A stretch of DNA of 64,000 nucleotides, from the NCBI RefSeq assembly GCF_006345805.1, contig NC_042997.1, forward strand, positions 138,632,001 through 138,696,000, in the 5' to 3' direction. The notes under the pieces are model-generated. The model ran no database searches and was not told the DNA's origin. It worked only from the letters and a program-made list of their open reading frames with translations. A program made the position numbers and the translations under genes. This document shows, piece after piece, positions 25,818 through 38,908 of the stretch (positions are counted from its first letter, which is position 1; every line of letters starts with the position of its first letter). The stretch comes from Octopus sinensis. Its lineage: Eukaryota.

Positions 25818-26205
25818 TTACTTATTTCAGTCATTAGACTGCGGTCATGCTGCGGCACCGCCTTGGAGAATTTTTAGTCGAACGAATCGATCCCAGTACT
25901 TATTTTTTTGTTAAGCCTGGAACTTATTCTATTGATCTCTTTTGCCGAACCGCTAAGTTACGGGGACGTAAATACACCAGCACCGGTTGTCAAGAGGTGG
26001 TTGTGGTAGGGGTCAAACACAGACACATACATGCACCCACACGCACACACAGACACAGACATATACATACGACGGGCTTCTTTCAGTTTCCGTCAACCAA
26101 ATTCTCTCATAAGGCTTTGGTCGGCCCGAAGCTATGGCAGAAGACACTTGCCTAAAGTGCCATGAAGTAGGACTGAACCCGGAACCATGTGGTTGGGAAG
26201 CAAGA
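25818..26205 (-). mobile_element. SINE-A, near full length
   Basis: Reverse complement of the SINE-A layout; tail-to-tail with the 25157 copy. Confidence 0.88.
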
Positions 26206-26229
26206 AATTTCAAAGCCACAAAGCATCAA

Positions 26230-27270
26230 GTATGAGAACAATCTGCATGTTAATTATTTACATGGTTTTCTTATCGCTAATAAACGTCGAACACACGCCA
26301 ACCGCAAAGAGTGACGGTACTAGACATTGAAACATATGTCAAGGCGATGCAAAGCAACAAAAGAGCTGATCGAGAACTTGCCACCTTTCCTTTGAGCAAT
26401 GGCACTTTTCATAACCGTATTAATGAAATTGTAGACGCTGACGTTGTTAAGACAGTTCACTGCAATTCTCCAACATACTAAAGCGTTATTTACACGGTTT
26501 TCTTTTCATTAAGAAATCTCGAACACACGCCGGTGGTGAAGACACACTTCACTGCAATTCTCCAACTAAATTTTGGGAGGGCGCACGTTAAGCGTTATTT
26601 ACACGGTTTTCTTGTCGCTGAGAAATCTCGAACACATGCACATGGTGGAGACACAATTCACTGCAATTCTCCAACAAACTAAATTTCGCGATCCCTCCAC
26701 GAAACAACAGCCAGTGAACACCCCTCTTCTTATGCAAGGACCGGTCACAACTCAACATTCATAGAAGACATGCTATTTTGCGAGTCTTTGAAAACCACCA
26801 CCACTAAGCAATCGTTCTGTAACGTGGTACAGAAGCACTGACAAATAATAATATTCCAGTAAGTAAATTGAAGTAAATTGTGTTCATTATTGTAGATGGT
26901 GCGACAGCAATGATTGGACATCATATGGGAATATTGAATTTCCTGAATGATGCTAATCCTGATATGACAAATGTTCTCTATATCATTCACACAGAAAGTT
27001 TGGCAGCTGCTAGGTTTAGAGCTATGTTGAATAATGAAATGGTAAATCTAATAAAAACTTACCTAAAAGACTGGAAGACTATACAAAGAATTCTGTAATG
27101 ACGTGAATGAAAAGTTTATGAGACTTATCTTCTTCTGCACCCATGGATGATTCCTATCAAAAGGCAATGATTTGAAAAAGCTTACTGCCTTGCATGATAC
27201 TCTGTCGGAATTGTGTAGAAATCGTAAGTACTTCTAGTTTGTGGAATCCAGTGTCACCAAGGTTTTGGTT
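26230..27270 (+). pseudogene. hAT Buster/ZBED5-like transposase relic
   Basis: FPLSNGTFHNRINEI (PLSN.T..RRI-like); DGATAMIGHHMGILNFL...IIHTESLAA (26880-27098); LFCTHG*FLSKGNDL. Confidence 0.8.
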
Positions 27271-27299
27271 CTATAAACCTTCATCCTTTCCATGTATCT

Positions 27300-27560
27300 T
27301 TACTTGTTTTTGTCATTGGAATGCGGCCGTGCTGGGGCACTGCCTTGAAGGGTTTAGTCAAACAAATCGACGCCATAACTCATTTTTTTTATAGTCTGGT
27401 ACTTATTATATCGAGCTCTTTTGCCGAACTGCTAATTTACGAAGACGTAAACAAACAACACCGATTAGAAAACGGTGGTGGGGGACAAACACAAACACAC
27501 AAACACACGTACATGCATACATTACACGTGTGTGTGTGTGTCTGTGGGATGCATGCGCGT
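27300..27560 (-). mobile_element. SINE-A 3' half
   Basis: gcggccgtgctggggcactgcc...tttgccgaactgctaa.ttacg..gacgtaaac. Confidence 0.8.
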
Positions 27561-27659
27561 TAGCGTTTGCGTGTACGTGTGTGTGTGTGTGTGTGTGTGT
27601 GTGCGGGGCGATCAAACCTAAGTAACTGGATTTGGTACACGGAAACTGAAAGATGTCTC

Positions 27660-30084
27660 TCGTAAGATTTTATCAAGAGTTTAATGATAATAAAAAGAGT
27701 GAAGGATTAATCCCTGATACTGATGAAAGTTGGCTTTTCAGGGATAAGATATGGAGTAAGCAAGAGCAACATAATACTACAGCTGAAGGGCTCTGCAGCC
27801 TGAAGCAAACAGTATTTTATCCCCAGCAAGAAGGTATCCATTTCACAGAAGACAGTATCAGAAATATGAATAAAAAGATAAGTAATTGGAAGAAAACAGG
27901 ACCTGATGGTGTACAGGGATCTTGGATAAATAAGTTCAATAGTTGCCATAAATTGATCGCAGAACAATTTAATGCATTCATCAATGGAGAAGAGGAAAGA
28001 CCAGGCTGGTTGACAAAAGGACAAAGGGAGTTTGTGCCTGAAGGATGCTGCTGACAATTATAGACCAATTTCCTGCCTCCCATTAACGTGGAAGTTACTG
28101 TCAGGAGGAATTGCAGAAGAACTGTATAAATTTCTTGATGAGAACGATATATTACCGACAGAACAAAAAGGCTGTAGTAGGAGAGATGTAAAGGTACCAA
28201 AGAACAACTGTTGATAGACAAAATGGTAATGCAAGATTGTAAACGAAGGAGAATAAATCTGGGAATGGCCTAGATTGACTATCGCAAAGCTTATGATATG
28301 ATTCCACATTCGTGGATCATCAAGTGCATCATTCTGTTTGGAATTGCGAGGAATGTAACGTGTTTCTTGAAGAGAAGTATGGTGGGATGGAAAACTGAAC
28401 TGACATCTTACGGAAAAAAAACATGGGTACCCTGGGTATCAGAAGAGGGATTTTCCAGGGTGATATCCTATATCCGTTGCTTTTTGTTCTCTGCATGATA
28501 CCTCTGACCTTGGTACTTAGAAAAATGAACCTGGGGTACCAACTAAAGGAAAAATCCCAAACAATCAGCCACCCCCTCTTCATGGATGATTTGAAACTAT
28601 ATGGTAAAGATGAGACACAAGTGAGTTCTTTGGTGAACACGGTCCACTGTTTTAGTACTGATATTAGAATGGTATTTGAACTCAAGAAGTGCAGAATAAT
28701 TTACTTAAAAAGAAAGGTGCAGAGATAGAATTACCGAATAGAGACTTGATTAAACAAATTGAAATGGAAGGATACAAATACCTCGGTGTACTAGTGTTCA
28801 ACGAGATGGAAAAGGAATTAAAAGAGCAACTGAGAATGGAATATTTCCAAAGATTGATGTTGGTGTAGCGCTCAAAATTGACTGGGTGGAATAAAATCAA
28901 AGCAGTTAATACGTGGGTGATAGTATCACTTCGGTATGGAGCGGGAATTATAAAATGGCAAATTAGAGAAGTGAAAAAAATGTATACCAAGAGCAGAAAT
29001 ATGTTGACAGTACATGGAGCCTTCCACCCTAAAAGTGACACTGATAGGTTGTACTTGTCTAAAAGAAAGGGTGGGAGAAGTTTGATGAGTTGCCAGGATT
29101 GCATCGAAGCAGAGGAAAACAGCTTAGGGTAGTATATAAAAAATGCCGTGGAGCTACTGTTGAAACACACGAAGAAGGCCGGCGTCATCAAAATTGAAAA
29201 TTGTGTAACGAAAGAAAAATTTAAACGAAAAATGAATAAAAAACAAAACAAAACACGAAAACGCATGGAAAGAAAAGAAAATGTACGGTTAGTTTGCAAG
29301 AGATGTGAACGCCAAGACAGATACAGAGGACCGGTGGCTACGGATGAGGAGAAGTGACCTGAAGATATCCAGAAGTATTCATATGCGCAGCTCAGGAACA
29401 GGCGTTAAGGACCAACTGTATGAAGTACAGAATAGACAACACTACCGATAGCGACAAACGCAGAATGTGTAGCGAGAGGGACGAAACGGTATGGCACATC
29501 GTTAGTGAATGCTCAAAATTGGCACAACGCGAATACAATGTGGCAAGAACGATCCATTGGGAGCTCTGTGGAAATCACAGCCTACAAAGAGCAAAGACGT
29601 GATATCAGCAAACCCCAGAAGGAGTCACCGTAAATGAAAATTGCAAAAATCCTGTGGGAAGCAATGATCCAGTGCGATCACCCGACCAGACATTGTTGTG
29701 GTGAATAAAAAAAGAAAGAACATATATGGTAATCAACATAGCATGCCCAGGTGACAACAGGATCAATGTGAAAGAAGAAGAAAAAATAAATAACTATGAC
29801 GATTTGAAGTGGGAAATACGAAGATTGCGGCAAATGAAGAGAGTAGACGTGATACTAATAGTAACTGGTGCACTTCGAAGTATCAGCACTCAGCTACCAA
29901 CATGGCTGAAAAAGATTGGTGCAAGTGTGAAGGTAGAAAATCTACAAAAATCAGCATTACTTGGAACTGTAAGAATTCTTCGCAGGGTTCTTGAAGCATG
30001 ACCAGTAAACAATTGTCACCTTAGTCTGCTGGCTGTGGACAGCTGACACTTTCCATCATACCCAGCAAAATAAGCTAAGTTTTC

Positions 30085-30133
<49 letters not shown>
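27660..30133 (+). mobile_element. Dong/R4 LINE, 5'-truncated, RT + zinc knuckle + REL, (TAA)n tail
   Basis: WKKTGPDGVQG; [15 protein letters not shown]; GIFQGD..PLLF..FMDDLKLY (28423-28728); RLYLSKRKGGRSL; AAQEQALRTN..CSERDETVWHIVSEC; IACPGD..LLGTVRILRRVLEA* (30001); (TAA)n 30088-30133. Confidence 0.93.
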
Positions 30134-30134
<1 letters not shown>

Positions 30135-30152
30135 GTGGTGATGATGATGATA

Positions 30153-31820
30153 ATCCATGGATGGAATTTATAAACATTTAATGCATCGCTACGCACCTAT
30201 CCACAAATCACTTGTCTCCCAAGATCACAGTCCGTATTCCTGGGATGACTACAGTGTAGCCCGTATTATCCGTGGTGTTAGGAAATTATAAATTATAAAT
30301 TATAGTGTTAAGTTAAAGAGATAAACAGTTTTTCATGCTACACGGTAAGGTAAGGGTGAAGTCCGGTTGTCAAAATGGGGGAAGCTATAGTTATTAGCTA
30401 AAAACTGTGAAACTATGACAAATTGGCTAGACACTGGCAAACTTTATCAACAGAGATAATTTTACCCCACCCAGTTTTTTGCAACAGTTTATTCTGGAAG
30501 CTGTGATTGCCTGTTTAGTTTATGCCCTTTGTGCTTTGTGTTAGGCTTTTATGGATTTATTTTATGCTCCAGGAATTCGCCAGAACTTTTGTCAGATTTT
30601 AAATAATTTCTGTGTCACGTCTGGGTGTGTACAAAAAATCTCTTATGTTATGTTATAATATTTATGTGAATTTGGAACCCTGCATTTGTGGCAGGTTGTG
30701 TAGTAACTTTGCTAGCTATTTTCTGTTAAGACAAAAGTTAAAATTTGTATAAAGTGCTAAAGAGTGTATGAATTTAAATTTTTTATGTAGCCAATTTTTG
30801 TATTAGACAACTAACAGTAAATTTTGTCTAATGGTTACTCAGCATGCTTGTATGAAGCAGTTTTGTGTGAATTTAAAGCAAACTAGCTTTTTATTTGACT
30901 ATTTAATTTTTTAGCTATAATTATTGATGTAGTCTGGCAGCCGTTTTGTGTCATGAACTTTTAGTTTAAATGGTTGCTTTGACATTAGATTTAATTAGGT
31001 TTAGGTCCACGGTTCGAAATCCAAGGTTGAACACCGAATTGATAGAAGACAGATTTTATGACATTCCAGGTTCGAAATCCACTGTTCGAAATCTGAGGTT
31101 CGAAAACCGAATTTGTACTAAAATGGAAATCCAGATTTTATGAAATCCAAATTTTTGGAATGCATATTTTTGAAAAACCATATTTGTGACACCAGGTTGT
31201 GTGAGGCCAATTTTGGTGAAACCAAGAACCGGGAATCGGAGCCCGAATTCTGAACTGCATATATATGTTACCTTTGTAAATATTTTGATTGCACATCTGG
31301 TGTAGCATTTGCTCTTTGTTCGTATATATATTTGTTTGTATATAAACTGTTTTTTTTTTAATGTTGGCTATTGTAAATAATATTTTAGAAAAGTATCATG
31401 GTCTGTTGTTGTTTTGGGTTCACCCTATCCTCGATGATTCTGTAAATTCGGGTTTATGGTCACCAGGTCGTAACAGTGGGCATCGGATAGATCATCTTCA
31501 TGGGTTTATTTATTCAAGCAAGATAACATTAATGGATGTTTAACTGGGGTTTTTAAAATCTTTTTTAATCAGTGCGAAGGATGGTTATAACTCAACCAAC
31601 CTTCACACCGGTCAAAAGGGATAAACATCCCTCTGATAAACTTCCATTAATGTTATATTGCCCGAAGAAATAAACTCATGAAAATGATCTACCCGATGCC
31701 CACGGATACTACGGGCTACTGTAATCATCCCAGGAATACGGAATGTGATTTTGGGAGGCAAGTGACTTGTGGATACGCGCGTAGCGATGCATTAAATGTT
31801 TATAAATTCCATCTAAGGAT
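30153..31820. mobile_element. Non-autonomous TIR element, ~1.67 kb, ~120-bp TIRs, superfamily unassigned
   Basis: 30153-30275 matches the reverse complement of 31700-31820 (gatggaatttataaacatttaatgcatcgctacgc...ccgtattcctgggatga.tacagt..cccgta.tatccgtgg); TA on both flanks; no internal ORF. Confidence 0.88.
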
Positions 31821-31987
31821 TATTATTATTATTACTATATTTATCCTACATTGTATCGGTACAGCTCAATGCAACTCCAAAAACTGGTTCACTAGTTAGC
31901 ATTATTAGACTGTGACCAGCATAGTGGAACAGGAGTTTTATTTGCATATTCAAAACGTTTCCCTAAAACAAATTTAAATTCCTCTAG

Positions 31988-32424
31988 GAATGTGAAGACG
32001 CAGGCTGGAAAGCGGAACATTTTCCAATCGAAGTCGGATGTAGAGGGTTCGTTGGACACAGTGTGAGACGACTGTTGTTATCGCTAGGCCTAACTCATCG
32101 TAAAGTCAATACCACCATGACTGATATCCAATCTACAGTGGAAAAGGCTAGCCACTGGATTTGGTTAAAAAGAGACGATGAGCGATGGCTAGAAGGATAT
32201 TGAGCTTAACTTCATAACCAGCTGATCTAGCAAGCGGGGCCTCATATCAGTGAGGGGGACCGGTGCGCATTGATGCCGTCGAGAGGTAGGCCCCGAAACG
32301 GCGTGCATTCTCTCCTGATGACCCCATACATTTGCTGGCTTCCGGTATACGGAGCGTTTGACTGGTAGCACTTGCATGTGCAAGTTGTTTGCAAGACATC
32401 TATATAAATAAATAAATAAATAAA
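31988..32424 (+). mobile_element. Hero-like (REL) non-LTR retrotransposon 3' end with (TAAA)n tail
   Basis: Open frame 31988-32203 ECEDAGWKAEHFPIEVGCRGFVGHSVRRLLLSLG...EKASHWIWLKRDDERWLEGY*; PIEVGCRGF and AS.W.W.KR recall Hero-clade C-termini (from memory); structured GC-rich 3' UTR. Confidence 0.75.
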
Positions 32425-32712
32425 TGTGTGTGTGTGTGTGTGAGTGTGTATGTGGCTTTGTCTTTGTGCTTGTTCCTCGTAAAAACATAAGAACGAAAAA
32501 TATTACTAGAATGCCATTCAAATTCACCGCTTGACAACCATTCTAGTTTTGCTTGTCTTTGTGAGTTAGCAGTTCCGCAAAAGTGACTGATAGAATAAGT
32601 ACCAGTTTTAATAATAAAAAAAAGTAATGTGGTCGATTTGTTCGACTAAACCCTTGAAGGAGGTGCCCCAGCATGGCCGCAGTCTAATGACTGAAACAAA
32701 TAAAAGCGAAGA
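32425..32712 (+). mobile_element. SINE-A 3' half with an insertion
   Basis: ccgcttgacaacc...tagaataagtacc...ggaggtgccccagcatggccgcagtctaatgactgaaacaaataaaag. Confidence 0.8.
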
Positions 32713-33603
32713 GATAAATACCTCTCTAACGTTCATGATGACCTGAGCGACATATATGTATTGATGCGAAACTGAAAAACTTCTTTTTAACTGCCGAGCC
32801 ATTTTTCTTTAACTCCTTAACTAAAACGATTCGATGAACTAATTGGTGGACATGCAAAATGATGGCATGAAACCGACCTATATAAGAAACCAACACTTTA
32901 TATGACTGACTCCTCAACTTGGTGCTTAATAAAACAAATTAGCTACATAGACTAAGCACATGATTTCGCGCTTTCTAAAATGTTATTTCAGTGTTGTTAC
33001 GGATATGTTGGCTGTATAAAGACGACGCCTTAACCTATGAAAACAAATATGATTTGGTGCAAAACAACGTGGATTTGTTCTTCAGTTTTTCAGTTGTTTT
33101 TTAACACAGGCTAAAAGGGCCATAAAATCAAATGGCAGTTTTGTGTTAGGCTTTCGTTACTGCGTATTTTATTTTTGTTTTTTGATGACACTTATTAAAT
33201 TACTTTTGGCCTTCCCGACAGCATATTTAACGTATTTGGGAATTAAATCAAATGGAAGTTTTGTGGTATTTTAAAAGAAGAATTTCCTTTCTCATTTGAT
33301 TGAAATGTAGTAAAGAAATTTAGTTTTTATAAATTGTTTTAATAATTATTCCCGTAAAATCATAATGATGAAAAAATTAGTAGATAGTAATTCAAAACAG
33401 TAGAAAAACTGAGAAAATTTGGGATCACAAAGAACGGAATGTGATGTGAGACCCTTGAGAACCCCTGCAATCCATGATATAGTACTGGACACATCAATAT
33501 AGATGGGACGTTTTTGATCCAAGGACCAGTTCAGTCAGAGCCACTCTAGGATGTAACAGCAACAACATTATGAACAAGTGCAACAACAATGACAGCAGCA
33601 GCA

Positions 33604-33970
33604 GTGGATGTGCAATGGCCCAATGGTTAGGGCAGTGGACTCGCGGTCGGAGGATCGCAGTTTCGATTCCCAGACCGGGCGTTGTGTGTGTTTATTGAGC
33701 GAAAATACCTAAAACTCCACGAGGCTCCGGCAGGGGTGGTGGCGACCCCTGTTGTACTCTTTCGCTCCAACTTTCTCTCTTTCTTCCTGTTTCTTGTCCC
33801 CGACTTCCTACGCAACCGCTGAGCCTGGATGCGCATTCATCCATCAATCGATGCTCTCGGTGTCGGGGGTTGACCTGCTTTCTCTTGTGCGGGTCTTACG
33901 AATCGCAAAGGACCACGTTTCGGACTTCTCCCACTGGGACGAAGAGCGCTTCGCTCAACAAACAAACAAA
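33604..33970 (+). mobile_element. SINE-C (Arg-tRNA-like head), tail type 1, (AAAC)n end
   Basis: A-box tggcccaatgg, B-box-like gtttcgattcc; first ~190 nt nearly identical to the reverse complement of 37005-37201. Confidence 0.85.
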
Positions 33971-35061
33971 CAAGCAGCAGCAGCAACAACAACAACAGCT
34001 GAAGCAAGAATAATAACAACAGTATTAACAACAACAACAACAATGACAATAACAACACCAGAAACAATAATAGCAACAACAACAACAACAACAACAGTAA
34101 CAACAGCAACTAGATCCCTAGATATTTTAAACTCTACTGATTCATGAGTGTTGAAAAATTAAATTTATATAAAAAAATATATGCTACACAAAAATTTCAA
34201 CTATTTCTAAGTTGAAATTTGTGAATTTTTAATTTATTTTCTCGTGTCTTTCTCACTCTTTTTCGCTATTGTTGTTTCACTCCCTCTCCTTTTTTATTTC
34301 TATTTTCATTCCCCTCCCCTCTCTCTCTCTCCTTTCATCAACTTTCTAACTGCAATTCATCTCCTCTCTCTTCATGTCTCTCTGTCTTTCATATTCTCAC
34401 GTATTCGCCAAATGTTACTTCTGTCTCTCTCTCTCTCTCTCGTTGTCTCCCCCTCTCTCTCTCTTCTCATTTCCCTTCACACTTCTTCGATTCTTTTCCA
34501 TTACCATCCACTCTTCTCTTCTAAATCTGCCACCTTTCCACATACATGTCCCACCCTATGTTTTACTTTCGCCTAATGTCAATAATATTTCTATTAAAGA
34601 ATTTATAAGTAAAATATTGATCATAAGTGGAATTAGACTATTGAGTCTAACATCGTTGTTGCTGTTTAACTTCAAACCAGCTCTGCCTCAGAAAGACTTG
34701 CAATCAAAAGCATTCCAGCCATGACCATTTCGTCTTTTTTCCCTGTACAGGAAACTCAGCTCTCTCTTTACGGATAGACCATAACATTTCTGGTTCTCTC
34801 TGTCAGTGAGTAGTTGTTTAAAAAAAATCCCATTTTCATGCAGTAAAATTCTGTCGACCTCGGTAGAATTTGAACTCAGAGCGCAAAGTCAGGCCAAATG
34901 ACACCAAGCAATCTTCCCGGCGAGCTAACGATTCCGCTATCCCGCTGCCTTCATGATGATGATGATGATGATGATGAGTGAATTTGCGTGTGTAATTTGG
35001 GAATGCATATGGAAAACACTCGGCGAGAAACGGGAGAAAATTTGAAGAAAGAAGGAAAAAC

Positions 35062-35110
<49 letters not shown>

Positions 35111-35124
35111 TAATAATAATAATA

Positions 35125-35645
<521 letters not shown>

Positions 35646-38600
35646 CTATCCAAAAACATCAGGCATAAAGACAACAAATGGAGTTTAAAATAACTGACAA
35701 GGTGTCGGACTATCAACACTTTCCTCTGTATGAGAGTAATGAATAATATAATTAACACAAACAACTGCGTAGATGAGGACGGAACTACAGGTGACAGACT
35801 TTGGCCCTGAATGTGCCCTGTGGGTGAGAAGCAAATGGACTAAGACAATTAATATAACTGTCATGGAATGTAATTTTTAAGCAAACCCACTGGTAATGAA
35901 GGGAGACCCATAAGAGGATATAAAAAGAGGATGCATAACATATGGATGGAGAAGTAGGGCTCAGATATTACGGAACAGAGACTCTGTGACAAGGTAAGAG
36001 CAATAAGGAAGAAAAGCTGGCTAACAATACTAGAGCTCGATGAGATTAGGAGGAGGGTGATGACCGAAAAGACAAGGAGTGATGCAGAAGTAGATACAGG
36101 GAATGCTGACGGTGCTGCACTTAATGAGAGTAAGCGGGAGAACTATAATGTCTCAAGTCCTGAGTGTAGAGAAGGACTAAATAATGAAGACAAAAAAAAA
36201 AAAAGAAAAGATCGAAGACATTACTAGTATCATTGAGGAAAACCTGGATATGGAAATAAATGGATTCAGGAAAGTAGATAGAAATTTGCTCAGTGGGTGG
36301 ACCCTTAAGGTGAATAAAATACTGAAAGAAATCAAGACAAATGATACAAACGGAACGAATAGATTGATTAAAGCCTGCATCATCTATATAGGAAATAAAG
36401 TAGGCCTCAAACCAAACTTTGGCGAGAAAGAAAAAAAAAGAACTACGAAAATGTATTAACATCTTGGAAAAAAAGAAAAAAGTGAAATCAAGAGGGAGAA
36501 AAAATATCAAGAACTAGAACGTAGATATAGGATAAAGAAAAAGGGGCTAAATGTAGTTCTTGAAGAGCTGAAACAAAGATTATAGGCTAAAGCGACAAAG
36601 ATCAAGAGATATGACCAAATAATTGAACAATGTAAAATCAACAGATTGTACCAACAAGACTAGAGAAAGGTTTATCAACACCTGAATGGAAATGTTAACA
36701 GCAATGAGAGATCAGACGCTGAAGAAAGTAAAAGGTTTTGGAGTAACATCTGTGATAATGGAGGAAAGCATAGCAAAGATGCTAAATGGTTGAAGTAATT
36801 AAGGTCGGAAAAATGGGGAAGCACTCCGTCGGTTACGACGATGAGGGTTCCGGTTGATCCGAATCAACGGAACAGCCTGCTCGTGAAATTAACGTGTAAG
36901 TGGCTGAGCACTCCACAGACACGTGCACCCTTAACGTAGTTCTCGGGGATATTCAGCGTGACACAGAGAGTGACAAGGCCGGCCCCTTGAAATACAGGTA
37001 CAACAGAAACAGGAAGTAAGAGTGAGAGAAAGTTGTGGTGAAAGAGTACAGCAGGGATCGCCACCATCCCCTTCCGGAGCCTCGTGGAGCTTTTAGGTGT
37101 TTTCGCTCAATAAACACTCACAACGCCCGGTCTGGGAATCGAAACCGCAATCCTATGACCGCGAGTCCGCTGCCCTAACCACTGGGCCATTGCGCCTCCA
37201 CGGTCGGGAAAATATGACGTGAAGCAGAGCAATATTAAAATAACGACTAAAATAGTAACTGAACAGACAAAGATACCAAGCTAGAAATGCCCAGGATCGG
37301 ATGGGGTACAAAAGGATATTGGCTGAAATATTTCCCAAGTACTACACAGAAGACTAGCCACACAAATGGATAAAATTATCAACAACGGTATGCAAATCCC
37401 AAAGTGGTTGACCTCAAGTAAAACAATTCTTTGCCAAAAGGATCCCAGCAACGGCAACGTAGTGGATAATTACCAGCCTATCTCCTGTCTGCCCCTGATG
37501 TGGGAGCTGATGACAGGAATAATATCTCATTATGTGTATAACTTCCTGGAAATCAATGACAAACTGTCAGTGGAACAGAAAGGGTGCAGAAGGAAAGCCG
37601 AAGTACATAAGACCAACTTCTGATAGACCGAATGGTACTGAACGATTGCAAGAAAAGACGTACTAATCTGGGTATGGCGTGGATCGATTGTAAGAAAGCG
37701 TATGACATGAAGCCCCATTCTTGGATTTTAGAAAGTCTTGAGCTGGTACAGGTGTCTGATAACATATCAAATTTTACTAACTGATCGATGAAAAACTGGA
37801 AAATTTTTGGCGACGGTTAACATCAAGAGATGCATATTTCAAGAAGATAGCCTATCACCGTTGCTGTTTGTGATTTGCATGATAACCTTCACACAGTTAC
37901 TACGGAAAGTAACACCTTGAGAAAAAGTGGAGGAAGATTAAATCATGGATGATTCAAAGATTTTTGGAAAGACCGAACGTGAAATAAATGGCCTAGTTTC
38001 CACAGTGCAAATATTCAGTAATAATATCGGAATGGAATTTGGGACTAAAAAGTGTGGTATGCTTATAATACAAAGAGGCGGAGGAATGTCGTCTGGTGAT
38101 GTTGAGTTACTCAACGGCGAGAAAATCAAGGATATTGAGACTAATGGATATAAATATCTCAGGATTTTAGAATACGACAAAATCAAGGAAAGTGAAATGA
38201 AGGAAAGCTTTAGGCGAGAATATCTCAGAAGAACCAAGTTAATTATGGGAAATAAACTCAATGGAAAAAACAAAATCAGGGCAATGAATACAAGGGCTGT
38301 TTCCTTAATGCGATATGATGCAGGTGTTGCTAGGTGGACAAAGAACGAGCTTGAGGAAATGGATAGGAAAACTAGAAAAAGTGATGACAATTAACAAGGG
38401 ACTCAAAAGCGATTATGACAGAAACAGAGGTGGAAGCGGTCTCATAGGATGCAACATCTGTGTTGAAAACGAGAAGAACAGTCTGGGATGGTTCATCAAA
38501 CAGCAGAGTGAATGCTTGCTTGCCGCTGTTAGAATTAACAATATAATACCCACCGAAAATGCGATGCACCTACAAACATTTAAGAAACGAGTTAAAGAAG

Positions 38601-38735
38601 AAAGACTAAACAACTGGAAAATGAAGCCACTGCATGGGCAATACCTCAGAGAAATCGAAGGAAAAACAAGATTAACACTTGGAGATTGCTAAGAAGGATG
38701 CACTGAGGCATTGATATACAGCGCCCAGGAAAAGT
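35646..38735 (+). mobile_element. Dong/R4 LINE with its 5' end, 3'-truncated before the zinc knuckle; SINE-C inserted
   Basis: Starts right after (TAA)n; RSKWT..GYKKRMHNIW N-terminus; IPKWLTSSKTIL.QKD..NYQPISCLPL; IFQEDSLSPLLF; MDDSKIFG..GMEFGTKKCG..YKYL; ends at LIYSAQE. Confidence 0.9.
36815..37201 (-). mobile_element. SINE-C, tail type 2, full length with 12-bp TSD
   Basis: Flanks ggtcggaaaaat (36803-36814) and ggtcgggaaaat (37202-37213), one mismatch; interrupts the Dong frame between WLK..RSEK and VKQSNIKIT. Confidence 0.92.
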
Positions 38736-38908
38736 TGTGGTAACAACAAACAAGATGAGGACACATATCCGTCCAATGTAAATAATGTACAGAATTCCTC
38801 ATCTCAAAAATATAGAACTTACGATCGTAATCCGAATACTCTAACCACTAAACCATGCACCTTCACTAGGACCCTGACATAAACGTTGCAGGAAAGACTA
38901 GACGGATA

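Noticed and set aside
26444-26690. Repeat-spacer-like pattern
   Set aside because: Not CRISPR: units are irregular, lie within a hAT relic in eukaryotic DNA, and no cas genes are present.
33604-33680. tRNA-like sequence with A and B boxes
   Set aside because: No complete cloverleaf or acceptor stem; continues into a repeated SINE body. The same holds for the other SINE heads.
33752-34147. 131-aa Thr-rich ORF
   Set aside because: SINE tail plus (AAC)n repeat.
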